DNA of 62,866 nt, the filler included, from Sluysia triapertura (Eukaryota), in the NCBI GenBank assembly GCA_046118255.1. It is 5 parts of 5 records of this genome, joined end to end, with 100 filler letters (N's around TTAATTAATTAA, not from the genome) between each part and the next. Parts side by side here need not be neighbours in the genome. Positions count along the whole stretch, not along the records: positions 25,289 to 36,866 come from JBJNIA010183191.1; positions 36,967 to 51,400 come from JBJNIA010259514.1; 3 more parts are not named here. One strand, given 5' to 3'. Below are positions 25,366 through 38,011 of this stretch, piece by piece. Under the pieces are notes generated by a model. The model worked only from the letters and a program-made list of their open reading frames with translations, did not search any database and had not been told where the DNA came from. Positions within the stretch are counted from its first letter, which is position 1; each line of letters starts with the position of its first letter. The translations under genes were made by a program, and so were the position numbers.

Positions 25366-28300
25366 CTATTTATCTGAAGGCACTGTTAATGATTTTAAAC
25401 TTATACATAGTATTTTATAAATAAAATCAGTTCAAATGATTTCGACGCAATATTATATTGTAGAATATGCAAAATAAAAAACATCTGTTGTAATTTCTGA
25501 TACTCTGTCATAATTTTTCTCGATCCGTGTTTGCTCGATCTGATATTGAATTATATGATTTTAATACTTCGAATTTTTCTTTTTATTAAAAGAAATACAT
25601 TTTCGAAGAAGTGGATAAGAAAGTAAATCATACAGCGAGGTTTAGTTAAAACTTTACCCTGATTACTTAAGAAATTAATAATATTACAATTATATACAAT
25701 TATATACATTTGTAATCTTATGATACTGCTATGGTTTTCTTAAAGCTAAACTTACGGCAAAATAAAAGTGAACAGGGTCCGGTTACAGTAAACGTCTTAC
25801 AACTTGAACTTGGTGCTTCTGTAACTAATAAGAATTTTGCTATATTTAGTTAAAAACACGTTAAGCTTGTTCCTCTCTTAACTATTTTTAGGAGGGTCTT
25901 AATTATTTTACGTTAAATGTATCAATTTATCAAAATAAAAACAATTATTAAACAATATTAATTTTTTTATTAATTACACTAAAAATTAAGTAATGAAAAG
26001 AAAAGGATGTAATTTATAAATTAAACTCAATAGAATATTTAATTATTTTGTAAATTTTATTTGTTGAAAATTCTCTTCACTATATCGGGGCTAAAAACTA
26101 ATTTAACAAAAGAATTTCTAGTATGAGTTTAAAATTTTTATCTCCTCTTGGAAGATAAAAAGTCTCTATAAAAAACAAATTACCGCATTCTCGGATTAAA
26201 ATTGTTGCCAAATATCCAAAGTGGTTGTATAGTACTCTTCAAAATGTTGATTGAACCAAATAATTGCAGCTAACAAAACTGGTCCAAAAAGCTGGTTTAA
26301 ATGTAAGCAAAGATGAAAATAAGATGATATTGGAGTATTGCAGATTATATGTTGACTATCTTATAGAATTTTATCACAAAATAATGATAAAGCCGATCTA
26401 GAAGATTTTGTAAATCTTATGTTAACACCAGAATTAGATCGCTGCAATGCAATAACGCATCAAATAAATGCTTATCATGAATCCTTTGATATTACCAATG
26501 ACACATGTTTAAAGTTAAAATGTTTGATGTTAAATAATATTTGTTACGAAATATGTTAATTATAATCAAAAAAATACTCGTTGAATATGGTTATGATAAA
26601 TAAAAATGCTTTTAAAGTATTAACATTGATTTACGACATTAAACAATAAGAGTAATTATCGACAAATATGTATTAGAAATTAACAAATAATTGGGAATAA
26701 GTAACTCGTAAAGATGGCAACAATTAATATGAAAAACACAACTAAGAATGAATAGGAAAATTTCATTCTTACTTTTAACACGTAATTTCGGATGTAGTGG
26801 AACTATAGAACAACCTCTAACTTCATATCAAAGTTAGGTAACGGATTGATGAAAGTTTCATCGGTGCTAATAACTATTCAACTGGAAATTCGTTAACGCA
26901 TTGCAGTTACGTGATAGCTTGACTTCGTATCTCTTCTTGATACTTAACGAAAATACACTTATTACATTAGTTAAGTTAGTATTGTCTGACTACACATCCA
27001 TTAATACTTTATAATTACATGGTAGCTGCACTTCGTCTTTTTTCTTAATATCTAGCAATAATAGGATAATAAGATTATGTAATTTAATATTTTCTAATTT
27101 TAAATTCATCATTCTTGGGATGCCGATTAATTAATTTTATCTAACGCCATCTGACAATAAACTTTAATTTTCGTATCCACTGATTCTGTTGCGCTGCTAC
27201 TAATTTTAGAAGATTAATGTTATATTAATGTTAGGTATAACTAGTATTTTATAAAACTAGATAATTTTGTGATTATAGACATCAATGTAATTACTATAAT
27301 TACTATCATAATTATTACAATTAACATATTAATGTTTAACTCTATTCAGAAAGTCATAGATTATTCTAAATTGAGTTTTGTCTTAACAAACGACGACCAC
27401 AACTTTCATTATTATCTCTACTTGACATAACATTTAAGTTTGTATTGCATTCATTTAGTTGGACACAATAATGCAATATAATAATAAAATGTGTGCATTA
27501 GAAATGTCGAATATGATGAATTTTCATGATTATTTTCATTGCTAGATTTATGATTTTTATAAGTTGATAAATTTATAATTTATTAATTGAAACTTAACAA
27601 AATTCTTAATTTATCTTATTCGCTAATAGTTTTCTATATCGGTGTGTCGTAAAACTAATATTTGCTCGTTCCGATGACAGGGAATGGAAACGCAAATAAA
27701 TATTGAAGTAGATATTCAAAATATTTTTTCTCTATTGATTCTTAATCTATAACTTCGAACATGTCTATTTTACCTTATATATATTTTCCTTTTTCTTCTT
27801 TTTTAGGGCGTTACTCTCAACTCGATGATAACAAAATGAAAATCGAATAGTTTATTTATTCTTTTACAAATCAACAAAAGACAAACATGTAAATACAAAA
27901 TTTTATAAAATATACAGTTTTAATTTTTATATCAATGTTTATAAAACCAAAAAGGCAATAAAAATCACTCACTCACGATGAATAATCTCGATATACTTGT
28001 TTTCTAAATTGTTAAATTGAATCACCTAGTCAGATCAGTAAATGGAATCGCTTTGTAAGTTTAATAAATCAAACACTTCGTAATATTGGTTAAGCTGTTC
28101 TCGAAATCAACTATAACATGTGTGACTTATGTGTGTTTTTTAAAATTATTTCCTTTTACACTATTTTGTAAGATAAATTTTCAATATTCAAATTATTTCC
28201 AATAATAAATTTTAAAACTATAATTATTTCTAATATAATAAATATTATTTAAATAATTTTTTAATTGTTATAATGTAGTAGTAAATATTCAATAACGCAC

Positions 28301-28388
28301 ATATAATAGTAGTCATAGTAAATAATAGTAACATAATTAATATTCATTGTCTTCTGTTTTTGTGTTTATCACAAATAATAAATTGTAG

Positions 28389-28437
<49 letters not shown>

Positions 28438-28907
28438 GATATTCATTGCCTTCTATGTTCTATTGAGTACTATTTATATTAAATTTCGATTTTAAGATTA
28501 ATTTAATTTTTGATTGCATAATAATTCTACACTCATATTCAAATAATTTAAATATAGAATCTCACTTTAAAATGATTATTTTATTTTAATCTAAAATTAA
28601 GTGTTTTTTGCTGTTAAATTTTGAATTTATATTAACTCTATTAAGTCTCATTTTAAATTGATGAAAAGCATTATAGTCTTAATGAAAATGATTTTAATTT
28701 TACTTTAAAACGATTTTTATTTTACATGGAATTAGTTTTTAATAAATATTATGTTACATTATTATTATTATTATCATTATTATTATTGTTGTTGTTATTA
28801 TTATAGTAAAATAATAAGTAATATATGATAACAAAAATGTTGCAGTTTGTGTTAAATTTAAATTTAACATTATATTAAAATAAATTAATATGTAAATAAT
28901 AATTCAG

Positions 28908-29626
28908 GTGCATTTGGGTGTAAAAGGAGTTGTAACAGATGAAAAAGGAAACCCAATTGTAGACGCTGTAGTTAAGACAGTGAATTTAACTGAAACTTTA
29001 CCATACGTAATGATGCGTTTTCTCAGAACAAGTAAAATAATTATTACTACAATAATTATCAACACTACTATTATTATCATTATTATATTAATGTTTTATA
29101 TAAGAATTTTTCTTCTTATTAAAACAGTTTATTGTTTTAATATATTTTTAACATTGATAATTTATAATACAAATTGAATTCAAAAATAAATTTTATAAAA
29201 ATGAATTTAGAATTCCTAAATTGATTATGGAACTTGAATTTAAGATTACGTTTGATAGTTTAACTATTTCTCATATTTATTAAAACGTATACTTTCTATA
29301 AAAAATTAAAATTTGATTAAATTGTTATTTTTTGTTTAACATAATTGCAAATATCTTGTAAAAACTGAAAAATAAATAATTTATTTTTTATAGGAGAACT
29401 TGGTGATTATTATCGCTTACTTCTACCAGGCTCTTATGCTATTGTTGTAACTAAGGAAGGTTATGCTCCTACAATTCGTTGTTTCCACGTATATAATGAT
29501 TATTCAACCTTTTCTGCTACGGTTGTCAATGTTCAATTGGGAACTGATGATTTTTATGTTGGTAGTGAATGTGTCGATTATAATATCGATCAAAGTACTG
29601 TATTAGAATTACTTCATATACCTTAA
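28908..29626 (+). CDS. M14B metallocarboxypeptidase (CPE/CPN/CPM/CPD family), last two exons 28908-29031 and 29394-29626 (transthyretin-like domain)
   Basis: AG/GT-bounded, phase-compatible exons give VHLGVKGVVTDEKGNPIVDAVVKT...RT-R-ELGDYYRLLLPGSYAIVVTKEGYAP...ATVVNVQL...HIP*. Confidence 0.92.
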
Positions 29627-30949
29627 TGAATCGATATTATATTAATATGATTCATTGATTGATAATTTTTAACAATGATTTTTGTTTAATTTAGTAAAAA
29701 TTTACTGAAATTTATAAATTTTGGTTTATATGAATTTTATTATACTTTTTGTGTCATAAAACAGGAAACGAATTATTTTAATTATTTAAGAAATATGATA
29801 TCATTTATTATTTTTAAAATTTAGTTTTTTGATATTTGATGTCAGAAAAAATTAGATCACGCAGACTTAATTTTTAAATTAAATTGAGTTTATCTAAAAA
29901 ATATTTGTGGTCATTCAAAACCCTGAAAAAATATAAATTTATTAAACAAGCAAATCTATGTAAAATTATCCACTATGACTTTTACTACTATTTCAATTTT
30001 AATTATTATTAAATTAATTAATTATTAATTTTATTACATTCTATTTTTACTTTTTTTTATCATCATCATTATTATTATTATATAATTAATATTATAATTA
30101 TTATTAACATTAAAATTAAAACAAAATAAACTAAATTTATTTTTATTGCAATTATTAGTAGCAATTTAGATGCTAATTAATAATAATTATCACAGTTATT
30201 TTAAATCATCATCATCATCTCAATTATCATGATTATTAATTAAAATCATTATCATCATATTTCTCACTATAATTATCCTCATTTTACTCTACTCTACTCT
30301 AGCATCATCATCATCACATCTCAACTATAATTATCATCACCTTTTTATCACTCATCATTCTGCACACACTTCACAATCTTATTATCTTTCTTCTCATCAT
30401 CATTATCATAATCTATGTGATGGCAATGTAGAAATTTAGAATTTAGAATTTTAAGAATAAATTTATTTGAATTTAGAATTTGAAGAACAAATTTTATTAG
30501 AATTTTCAGATAATTCATTTTAAAATAATTAACATATACATAAAATAAAATAATTATGTACATTTGTAAAACAATATGGTTATGAATATTATTAACAAAA
30601 GAAATAGATCCATAAAACAAAACAATGGTAATACATATGAAGGAAATATCAGAATTATTGTCATTGTAAAAAAAGACAATAGAATATGATAACGAACAAT
30701 AGAATTATTGTCTTTATATAAATTGTATAAAACCAAATGTTATTAGAAAAATAAATTATTATTAGTTATTATCATAAATTAGAAAAAATAAATTATTATG
30801 TAGAATAAATTATTAAATATCATTATATTAGAACTAATTGTCATTGGAAAATTAAAGTATTGTATAATGGAATAAGCAATTAATAAAACCTTTTATTATA
30901 AAAGCAGTTATTTATATCTATTTCAAAAGCAGTAATAAAAAAGATCAAG

Positions 30950-31700
30950 TATAAATAGACGTACTTAATTTGAAAAGGTATTACTTCGTATTTGTTTAAG
31001 ATAACTTGAAAAGGATTATTTGGAATTTGTTCAGAGTGCTAGTGTTTTTCTTAAACTTAACGACTAACAAATTAAATTTTCCTTATTAGGTTCGCCTAGG
31101 AATAATGTAGGATTTTAATAAGTAAACTTAACGAGGGTCTAACAACTTAAGAAAATCTTAAACTTATAATTTACTTAATACCACTTGAACGAATTCATGG
31201 CAACTAAATACCCTCTTTTAATATTAAGTGACTATTATTCTTTACAAATATTTTAAAGAATTACTTTATTTCTTCCTTAACACTTAATGTATAACTTCTA
31301 GGAATTTCACGTATGTGTCAAATTCTTACGATATCTATTATTTGCGGGTAGTTTAATTTTCTCCAATTAATTATTACCAAAGATTTGATCAAGGTGTAAC
31401 CAATTAACCTTAAATAATTGTTAAGTTTTAACTTTAAGAATTCTATTTTAATTAATATTTTAGAAGGCTTTAATTTAAAATCTTCAATTCTATTATTTAT
31501 AATTACCTACAATTCATTTTTTATCTAATTTATATCTTCAAAAGAAATCACTCAATTATCTAAAAAATTAGAATCCTTTAAAATACAAAAAATTAATGCC
31601 CTCTATGTTCATTTTCTTGAATTAACTTTTGATTTATCTAAATATGTTTTTGGTTCTTATTAATAATTTTCATTCAGAAAACAGCAAAAAACCAAACTAT
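30950..31700 (-). pseudogene. Possible decayed gag-like ORF
   Basis: PKTYLDKSKVNSRK*T*RALIFCILKDSNFLDN*VISFEDIN*IKNEL. It lies downstream of module A copy 2 and a TGGTGA PBS-like word at ~31878. Many stops. Confidence 0.2.
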
Positions 31701-32349
31701 ATTCAAAGTTGTTTGGAATTTTTATTATAAAAAAATGAAATATAAAATAGCTAAAACAATAAGTAATATAAATATATAAACAATAAATTATTATTATTAT
31801 TAGATTTAATTTTTCTAACAATTGTAACTTGATTATATAATAGACAAATTGTCTCTGATCTAAAATTAGAGATCACCATTAAATAAATTAAATTAAAATT
31901 TTGCATCTTGGCAATTAAGATAAAATCTTAGAACAAAAATTTGTATTTTTATAGGATTGAGTTAATGAATCCAGCCACTTGAGCACGGTAAACTCTTCAG
32001 GTCTCTTGACAAGTAGCGAACAAATATCTTCCAAGATTCTTTACCAATTAATTACAAAATATTCCCAATTAGTTTGCCAAGTATTTACGAAATATCTCGG
32101 ATTACCGAATTATCGTACTGTGTGAATATAGTAATGATAAGATAGAATAAAGTAAGTTTTTAACGTGAGTCCACCAACGTACTAGGCTTACCAGTTAGAG
32201 CTAGCCTTTGGATTTTTCCTGTAATCGAAAGGATTTTACTAAAGGAAAATATCTTAATTTTTGCTTAAAAGAATGCTTCTAAAGTTAAGATCTATCTGTA
32301 TTTAGTTTGTTTTTTCAAATTTATAATGACAGTTAATTCACAGCAATCA

Positions 32350-33297
32350 AATTAAACAAAATTAAAATAAAATTAACAAAATTACTAACAGCATAGAAAT
32401 GAGCAGAACTTTTCGAACTTTTCCATCATCTAAAGAGTCCTGAGTTTCACAATCAAACTCTCTCAAACAAATCATCAAAACCTCTTTGAAAATTAGACAA
32501 ACAATAATAACTTTGACAATAACAACTTTATTAGGTACAAAACACAAAAATTGATTTATCAACCATCATTTTCTTTACTCTATTAAATCTATTTTTACTT
32601 AAAATAATTCTCACATTAACAAAACAATCAACAATATTGTTAAAATACATAAACATAATGAATTTGACATCACTATTTAGAATTTAGTTGATTTTCAATT
32701 TTTCATACCCAATTTTCTCATGAAAAATTTTTAAGGTTCAAGCGATTTTAAAAACATTTCAAACTCACTTCTAAATTTTCCTCTCTCATAGCGATCATAT
32801 CATATTTATTTAATATTTGCATCATTCCGATTATAAAAAATTCATCATTCCATTATTACGAATTAATAAAAATTCGACTTTCCTCAATATTAAGACTTTC
32901 CCTATATGAATTCGGTCAAACCATACCTTCATCGAAAGGTCTTTTTAAAATAAATACATACACATTTTAAATTTAACATAGCGTTCCGCATTCAAAAGCG
33001 TACTTTTTCTTAAATTAATTAAGAATTTATTTAATTAACCCATTTGTAGACTTAATCTTATTTCATGTTTAAAGGTTTATTGAGGTTCTAAATTTATTTA
33101 ATAGTTTATAATGCATTCAGGAAGCTCTAGATGTTTTCACCTTCACCATACTAGATTTATCCTTAACAATGATTTTATTTTTCAAGGTTTCAATAATAAT
33201 AAAGGTTAATAAAGTTTCAGATGATCTAAAAGTTCACAAGCTCAAAAGTGCTCTAATGACTTTAAAGCACCTGAATTACACTTTGGCAATCCCAACA
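32350..33297 (-). repeat. Module A, copy 2 (inverted; terminus GGCAATCCCAACA at 33285-33297)
   Basis: Terminal 13-mer identical to 7875-7887 in reverse complement, plus a ~230-bp internal alignment with 8160-8400. Confidence 0.8.
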
Positions 33298-33895
33298 AAA
33301 TCATCATGTTAAAATATAATAATGACATCGTTATCATTATTACTTCTCTTATCTTTATCATCAACTTTTCTTCTTATTCTTATGTTCGTCTGAACTTGTA
33401 TATATTTATGTATATTTATGTATATGTTTATGTATGTGTGTATCTAAAAGATATATCAAAAAACAGACGTAATACTAATATCTCTTAAGATACAACAGAA
33501 TCAAGTATCACTTAAAACACTACTCAAAGAAGTAATATATGAAGGACCGAAACGATTGCCGTGTGTTAAGCCTGAAATGCCAAAAGATCAATCACCGTGT
33601 GAAATTGATGAAAAATTAGAAGTAAATCCAGTACAACGTCGTAAAACAAGTCAAATAATGTCAGTATTACTAATTTTGGAAGTAGTTGGGCGAATAGTTT
33701 AGAATTTAATACACCATCAGAATCATCATCGTCACCAAGTTCAACCAACATATAATTTAACACTATTTCTACCACGATTTTTGTATTTACCTATTTTTAC
33801 CCGAAAAAATTGTATGAGCTAAAAGAAAATTATACCATTAAATAAATTTAACAATTATACATTATAGAGAAAAAAAGCTAAAGTCGAAAAAAATT

Positions 33896-34050
33896 TTAAA
33901 ACAAAAATTCCGCTATTCCTTTACTTGATTGACAAAAACCTCTATTTTTCAAGTATTGCAACCCTTCTTTCAGGTCATTTTTAAATTTCTCGATTCCAAT
34001 TTTCAAATGTCTTTTTTTCAACAATGCTACATTTGTAGGCTGCTTTTGTT
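33896..34050 (-). pseudogene. Sec7 (ARF-GEF) domain N-terminal fragment, IQSEC/BRAG-like
   Basis: ALLKKRHLKIGIEKFKNDLKEGLQYLKNRGFCQSSKGIAEFLF resembles IQSEC [28 protein letters not shown]...GVAHFL. It ends at a stop. Confidence 0.7.
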
Positions 34051-34089
34051 GGTCATTAATTATATTTTTGGAATTTATTTTTTCGAATA

Positions 34090-34925
34090 CACTCTTATTA
34101 TCAAGAGTTGCTGCAGATGAGCGATTGCATTTAAATAATAATTGTATACATATTCCCAAGGATTTGTTTTATTATATCTTTCCACACTGGATAAAGTTTC
34201 CCAATCTTCACGGTGTCCTCCAACAGCGTATAAAACGACATTCTTGCATTGGTGCTGACGGTGACCATTTAAGTATATGCAGTGAAAACTTAAATACTGA
34301 TGGTGTTGGTAAAAGATTTTCGCATAGTCCAAGGAGTATGTAAAAATAATCGTCCACTACGACTGTTTCAAAAAAACTCGTCCGGTTGGTATATTAGAGT
34401 AACACAGCAAAATTGACCAAGTCTCATCATGATTATTATATATTTTGATTTTACGATAGGGTGGACAAAATATATCTCCACCAAAAACTAAAATACATTG
34501 ATGTAGTAACCGTGGTCTACTTAAATGACATGCTTCAGGCAAAACACGCATACCACGTTTACTGCATAAAATTTGACACTTTGCTAATACCAAAGTCATT
34601 TTTGAAGAATGTGGCAAATTTTTAACCATATTTATTTTTTAATTGAATTTATTTCATTTAAACTTAATCTAGCTAATCTTAAACAGTTGAGTAAAGAAAT
34701 TAAATGTATTTCATGTTTTTCCAAGTCATTTTAAATCCATTTAATAATAGCTTGAAATAAAATAATTTCATTTTGAATGTTAATTTTATCATCATCTAGG
34801 AAATTTATTAATGCTTCATAATCCACCATTAAGAATTCAATGTTTTTAGATATTTCAGACAAATTTTTAAGCATATATAGATTAACTTTTGATATAATTG
34901 ATAAATTAAGACAAAAAAATTTTAA
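34090..34925 (-). pseudogene. Intronless BACK + Kelch pseudogene fragment, KLHL10-like
   Basis: BACK: EFLMVDYEALINFLDDDKINIQNEIILFQAIIKWI*NDL...HLISLLNC/LRL. Then SRPRLLHQCILVFGG...IKIYN...W, LYAVGG...TLSSVERYN...WEYV and RSSAATLDNK. Stops and frameshifts present. Confidence 0.85.
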
Positions 34926-36351
34926 TAAATTTAATAATAATTATATCGATTTTTTAAAAAAATTATTTATGCATAATTATTTATGTCAAACATAAAGACA
35001 AAATTATAAAACAAAACATAAAACAAAATTATAGACCTCGATTGTTTAATGGACTCTAATATGCCATTGTTCTCAACTAGAGAACTATATATTAATGGAA
35101 CACACTAAGTCTACTTATCATTTACAATTACCTGGCGAAAATGTCGTCTGACTAATTCTGAAGTGTACTTTCTTAATCAAGAAATTATAGTTAAAAATAT
35201 AATAGAAGCTTCAGAAATTTATTTACCACATTTTTCACAAAGTATTAAACTAGTTCTCAGCTATTTTAATAAAGTATTTGATTTTTTGAATTTTGAGTAT
35301 TTTAGTCTATTAATTTTCATAAGGTTTTTATGAAAAATTTTTAATTTTTGTAACATAAATCTTACTTGTCTTTTTTATTTTTTATTCATTATGTGGGAAA
35401 ATCACCTACCTTTTCAATTAAAAAATAAGCTATTGTGCCATGAGAAAATAAAGAACATTCATGGATAAATTAAAATTGCTTATACGAATTGAAATAAATT
35501 CCTACCATGTTCCATAAAACTTAGCCCTTCTTATAAACTATTCAATTTTATATATTTTATCAGATCTACGTAAAGACACTAAAATGACTAACTCAAGATT
35601 AATTTCTTGCTAAGATTTTACTATAAAGAAACATCTAAAATTAAGTACTAGTGCAGTTTTCAATTAATCATAATTGAAAACCTTCAACATAAAGTAATTA
35701 ATGGTGATATAAGTTGGCGAGAATAAGCTCAATTCTAACAACGTTGAAGTTCATAATATGATTTGTAACATTAAGTCTTACTTTAAGCCTTACAAGTTCT
35801 TTAAATGAGATTGTTCATGCCCAACAAAATTCTTCAAGTTTAGTTTCAATTTATTCAAAAATGCAACATCAGATATAGCATACTACTATCACTTCGGCCA
35901 TGCTTCATGAATATTTATTATCTTATAATTACTTAGGTTGATATTCAAATTATTATTAAATTTCTAAAAATTTATTTAAATAATTAATCGATATTATTCT
36001 TAAAATTATTAATACTGTATAAATATTAGAAATATTATTATGATAAATCTTGCAATATTATTATTTTAAATATATTTATTAATATTAAAAAATTTTAATT
36101 ATTGGTATAATAAATAATAATAATTAAAATAATAAAATAGCAGTTATTATAAATAAAAATAATAATATTAAAAAATAATGATATTATAATAAATAATAAT
36201 CATAAAATAATAAATTTATAAATAAAAATAAAATAAATTTTTATTAGTATAATAATAATAATAATTATAAAAAATAATTATTATAAATAATGATAATGAA
36301 AAATAAAATAAAAATAATAATCATGATGACATAATAATAAATAGTACTAAT

Positions 36352-36789
36352 TGTAGTGGCCAACTTTTCACTTGGAATTTAAACTATTAATTCATACAAA
36401 ATATCACATTTTCTTACATCTTACATTTCACTTTCTCAGACATATTAAAACTTTTTTACATTTCAAAACATTTTAAGCCACAACCTTACATCATAACCAT
36501 ACTTACATCCAAAATCATTAATACACATTTAAATTTCATTTAGGACATTTTAACTCATAATCTCACAACATTAGAACTACAATTTATATCTTAAACTATC
36601 AAATGTACATTTAAAACTAATTCAATTTTCTTTCAAAAACGTCAAATTATATTTAAAAAATTCATATAAAACACCTCCAGTCATACCTTACAACATTAAA
36701 ATTATATTCAAGTTCACAATTCTTTAATATTTATCTATTCTAAGACAAGTCAAATATGTTAAGAAAAAGAAATCTAAATATTAAGGAAG
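36352..36789 (+). repeat. Module B, copy 3 (starts TGTAGTGGCCAAC), interrupted by module A
   Basis: C/A-rich, with terminus and internal words shared with copies 1 and 2. Confidence 0.7.
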
Positions 36790-36866
36790 TGTTGGGATTG
36801 CCCAACTTTAGATTAAGAGACGAGTAAAAAATATATAGAATTACAAATGAAGGAAGAATTGATGAG
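36790..36866 (+). repeat. Module A, copy 3 (runs into gap)
   Basis: TGTTGGGATTGCCCAAC followed by sequence alignable to 7892-7950. Confidence 0.8.
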
Positions 36867-37534
36867 NNNNNNNNNNNNNNNNNNNNNNNNNNNNNNNNNN
36901 NNNNNNNNNNTTAATTAATTAANNNNNNNNNNNNNNNNNNNNNNNNNNNNNNNNNNNNNNNNNNNNCATTGGTCTATTATTATAATTCATTCATACATCT
37001 ACGGGCATTCATGAAGTAGCTATGTATTGGTATATATTTGTTCGAATTCATTTCTTCTTATCCATTTTAACATCATGATTCAGGCGCTACCGTCTGATCC
37101 ATAATCTTCTCTAATTTCTACTTAATTTAGGCTAATTCCAATCTATTTTTGATTTCAGAATATTTTCCGATATTTCTTTTAAAGTTCTGCGATATTCATT
37201 TACAATTACTAAGACAAGTTAGATGTACAATTATATTTTATAACTATACAAATGATAACCAATAAATATGGCATATAATTTGATACAGATTTTATATTTT
37301 GAAACATTTTCTACTTTTGACATATTTTGTATCTTCACTATCATAAAATATAACTTAATATTCAAGTTCATTTCAGAATCTATATACCATTCAATATTTT
37401 GAACTTTGCACGTATTATTTATATTTAATTAAAATTTAATTCACTAATTGTGTGATAACTGTAATTCGATTTAATGAATTTATTATTAAAGAATTTTCAA
37501 CAGTATATATTCAAATTCTCTTTGAGTACTTTTA

Positions 37535-38011
37535 CTTTTACTTTAGTTCAAAAATGACTGTCTCATTTGACATTTGTTGCTAACTTAGCAATATATAAGA
37601 TGACAATATAATGCCATTTGTTTATGAACAGTAGAGAATCATAAAATGTTTGGGAAGTAATTGTTCGGTTTATAATAATTTTATAAATAACTAGAAATTT
37701 CTGATATTTGTAATTTTTGGCTGTTTTTAGTTATCAGTCCAAATAACTTTAAATCATGGAAATCAAACGTTCTGGAGTAAAGTACAGAAATTTAAGTGAC
37801 AAGGAGAGAAATGTCATCTTGCAAACACTTCTGGTGCGATCTAACAATAGGAAATTGCCAAAAGGAACAATTTGGAAGCAATTGAAACTGCTTGCAATGT
37901 ATTACGAGATAAGTAATATTTTCATAAATAAAAACGTTGTCTAAAGCGAAATTGATGTTAATGTATATTATATATAAAACTAACGTGACAATCATTTTTG
38001 AACGGAGGCAG
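37535..38011 (+). mobile_element. Deleted mariner-like element of the plant DD39D/Stowaway type
   Basis: Right TIR (revcomp) CTGCCTCCGTTCAAAAATGATTGTCACGTT; left TIR ...GTTCAAAAATGACTGTCTCATT. ORF RNLSDKERNVILQTLLVRSNNRKLPKG resembles DD39D transposase N-termini. Confidence 0.6.
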
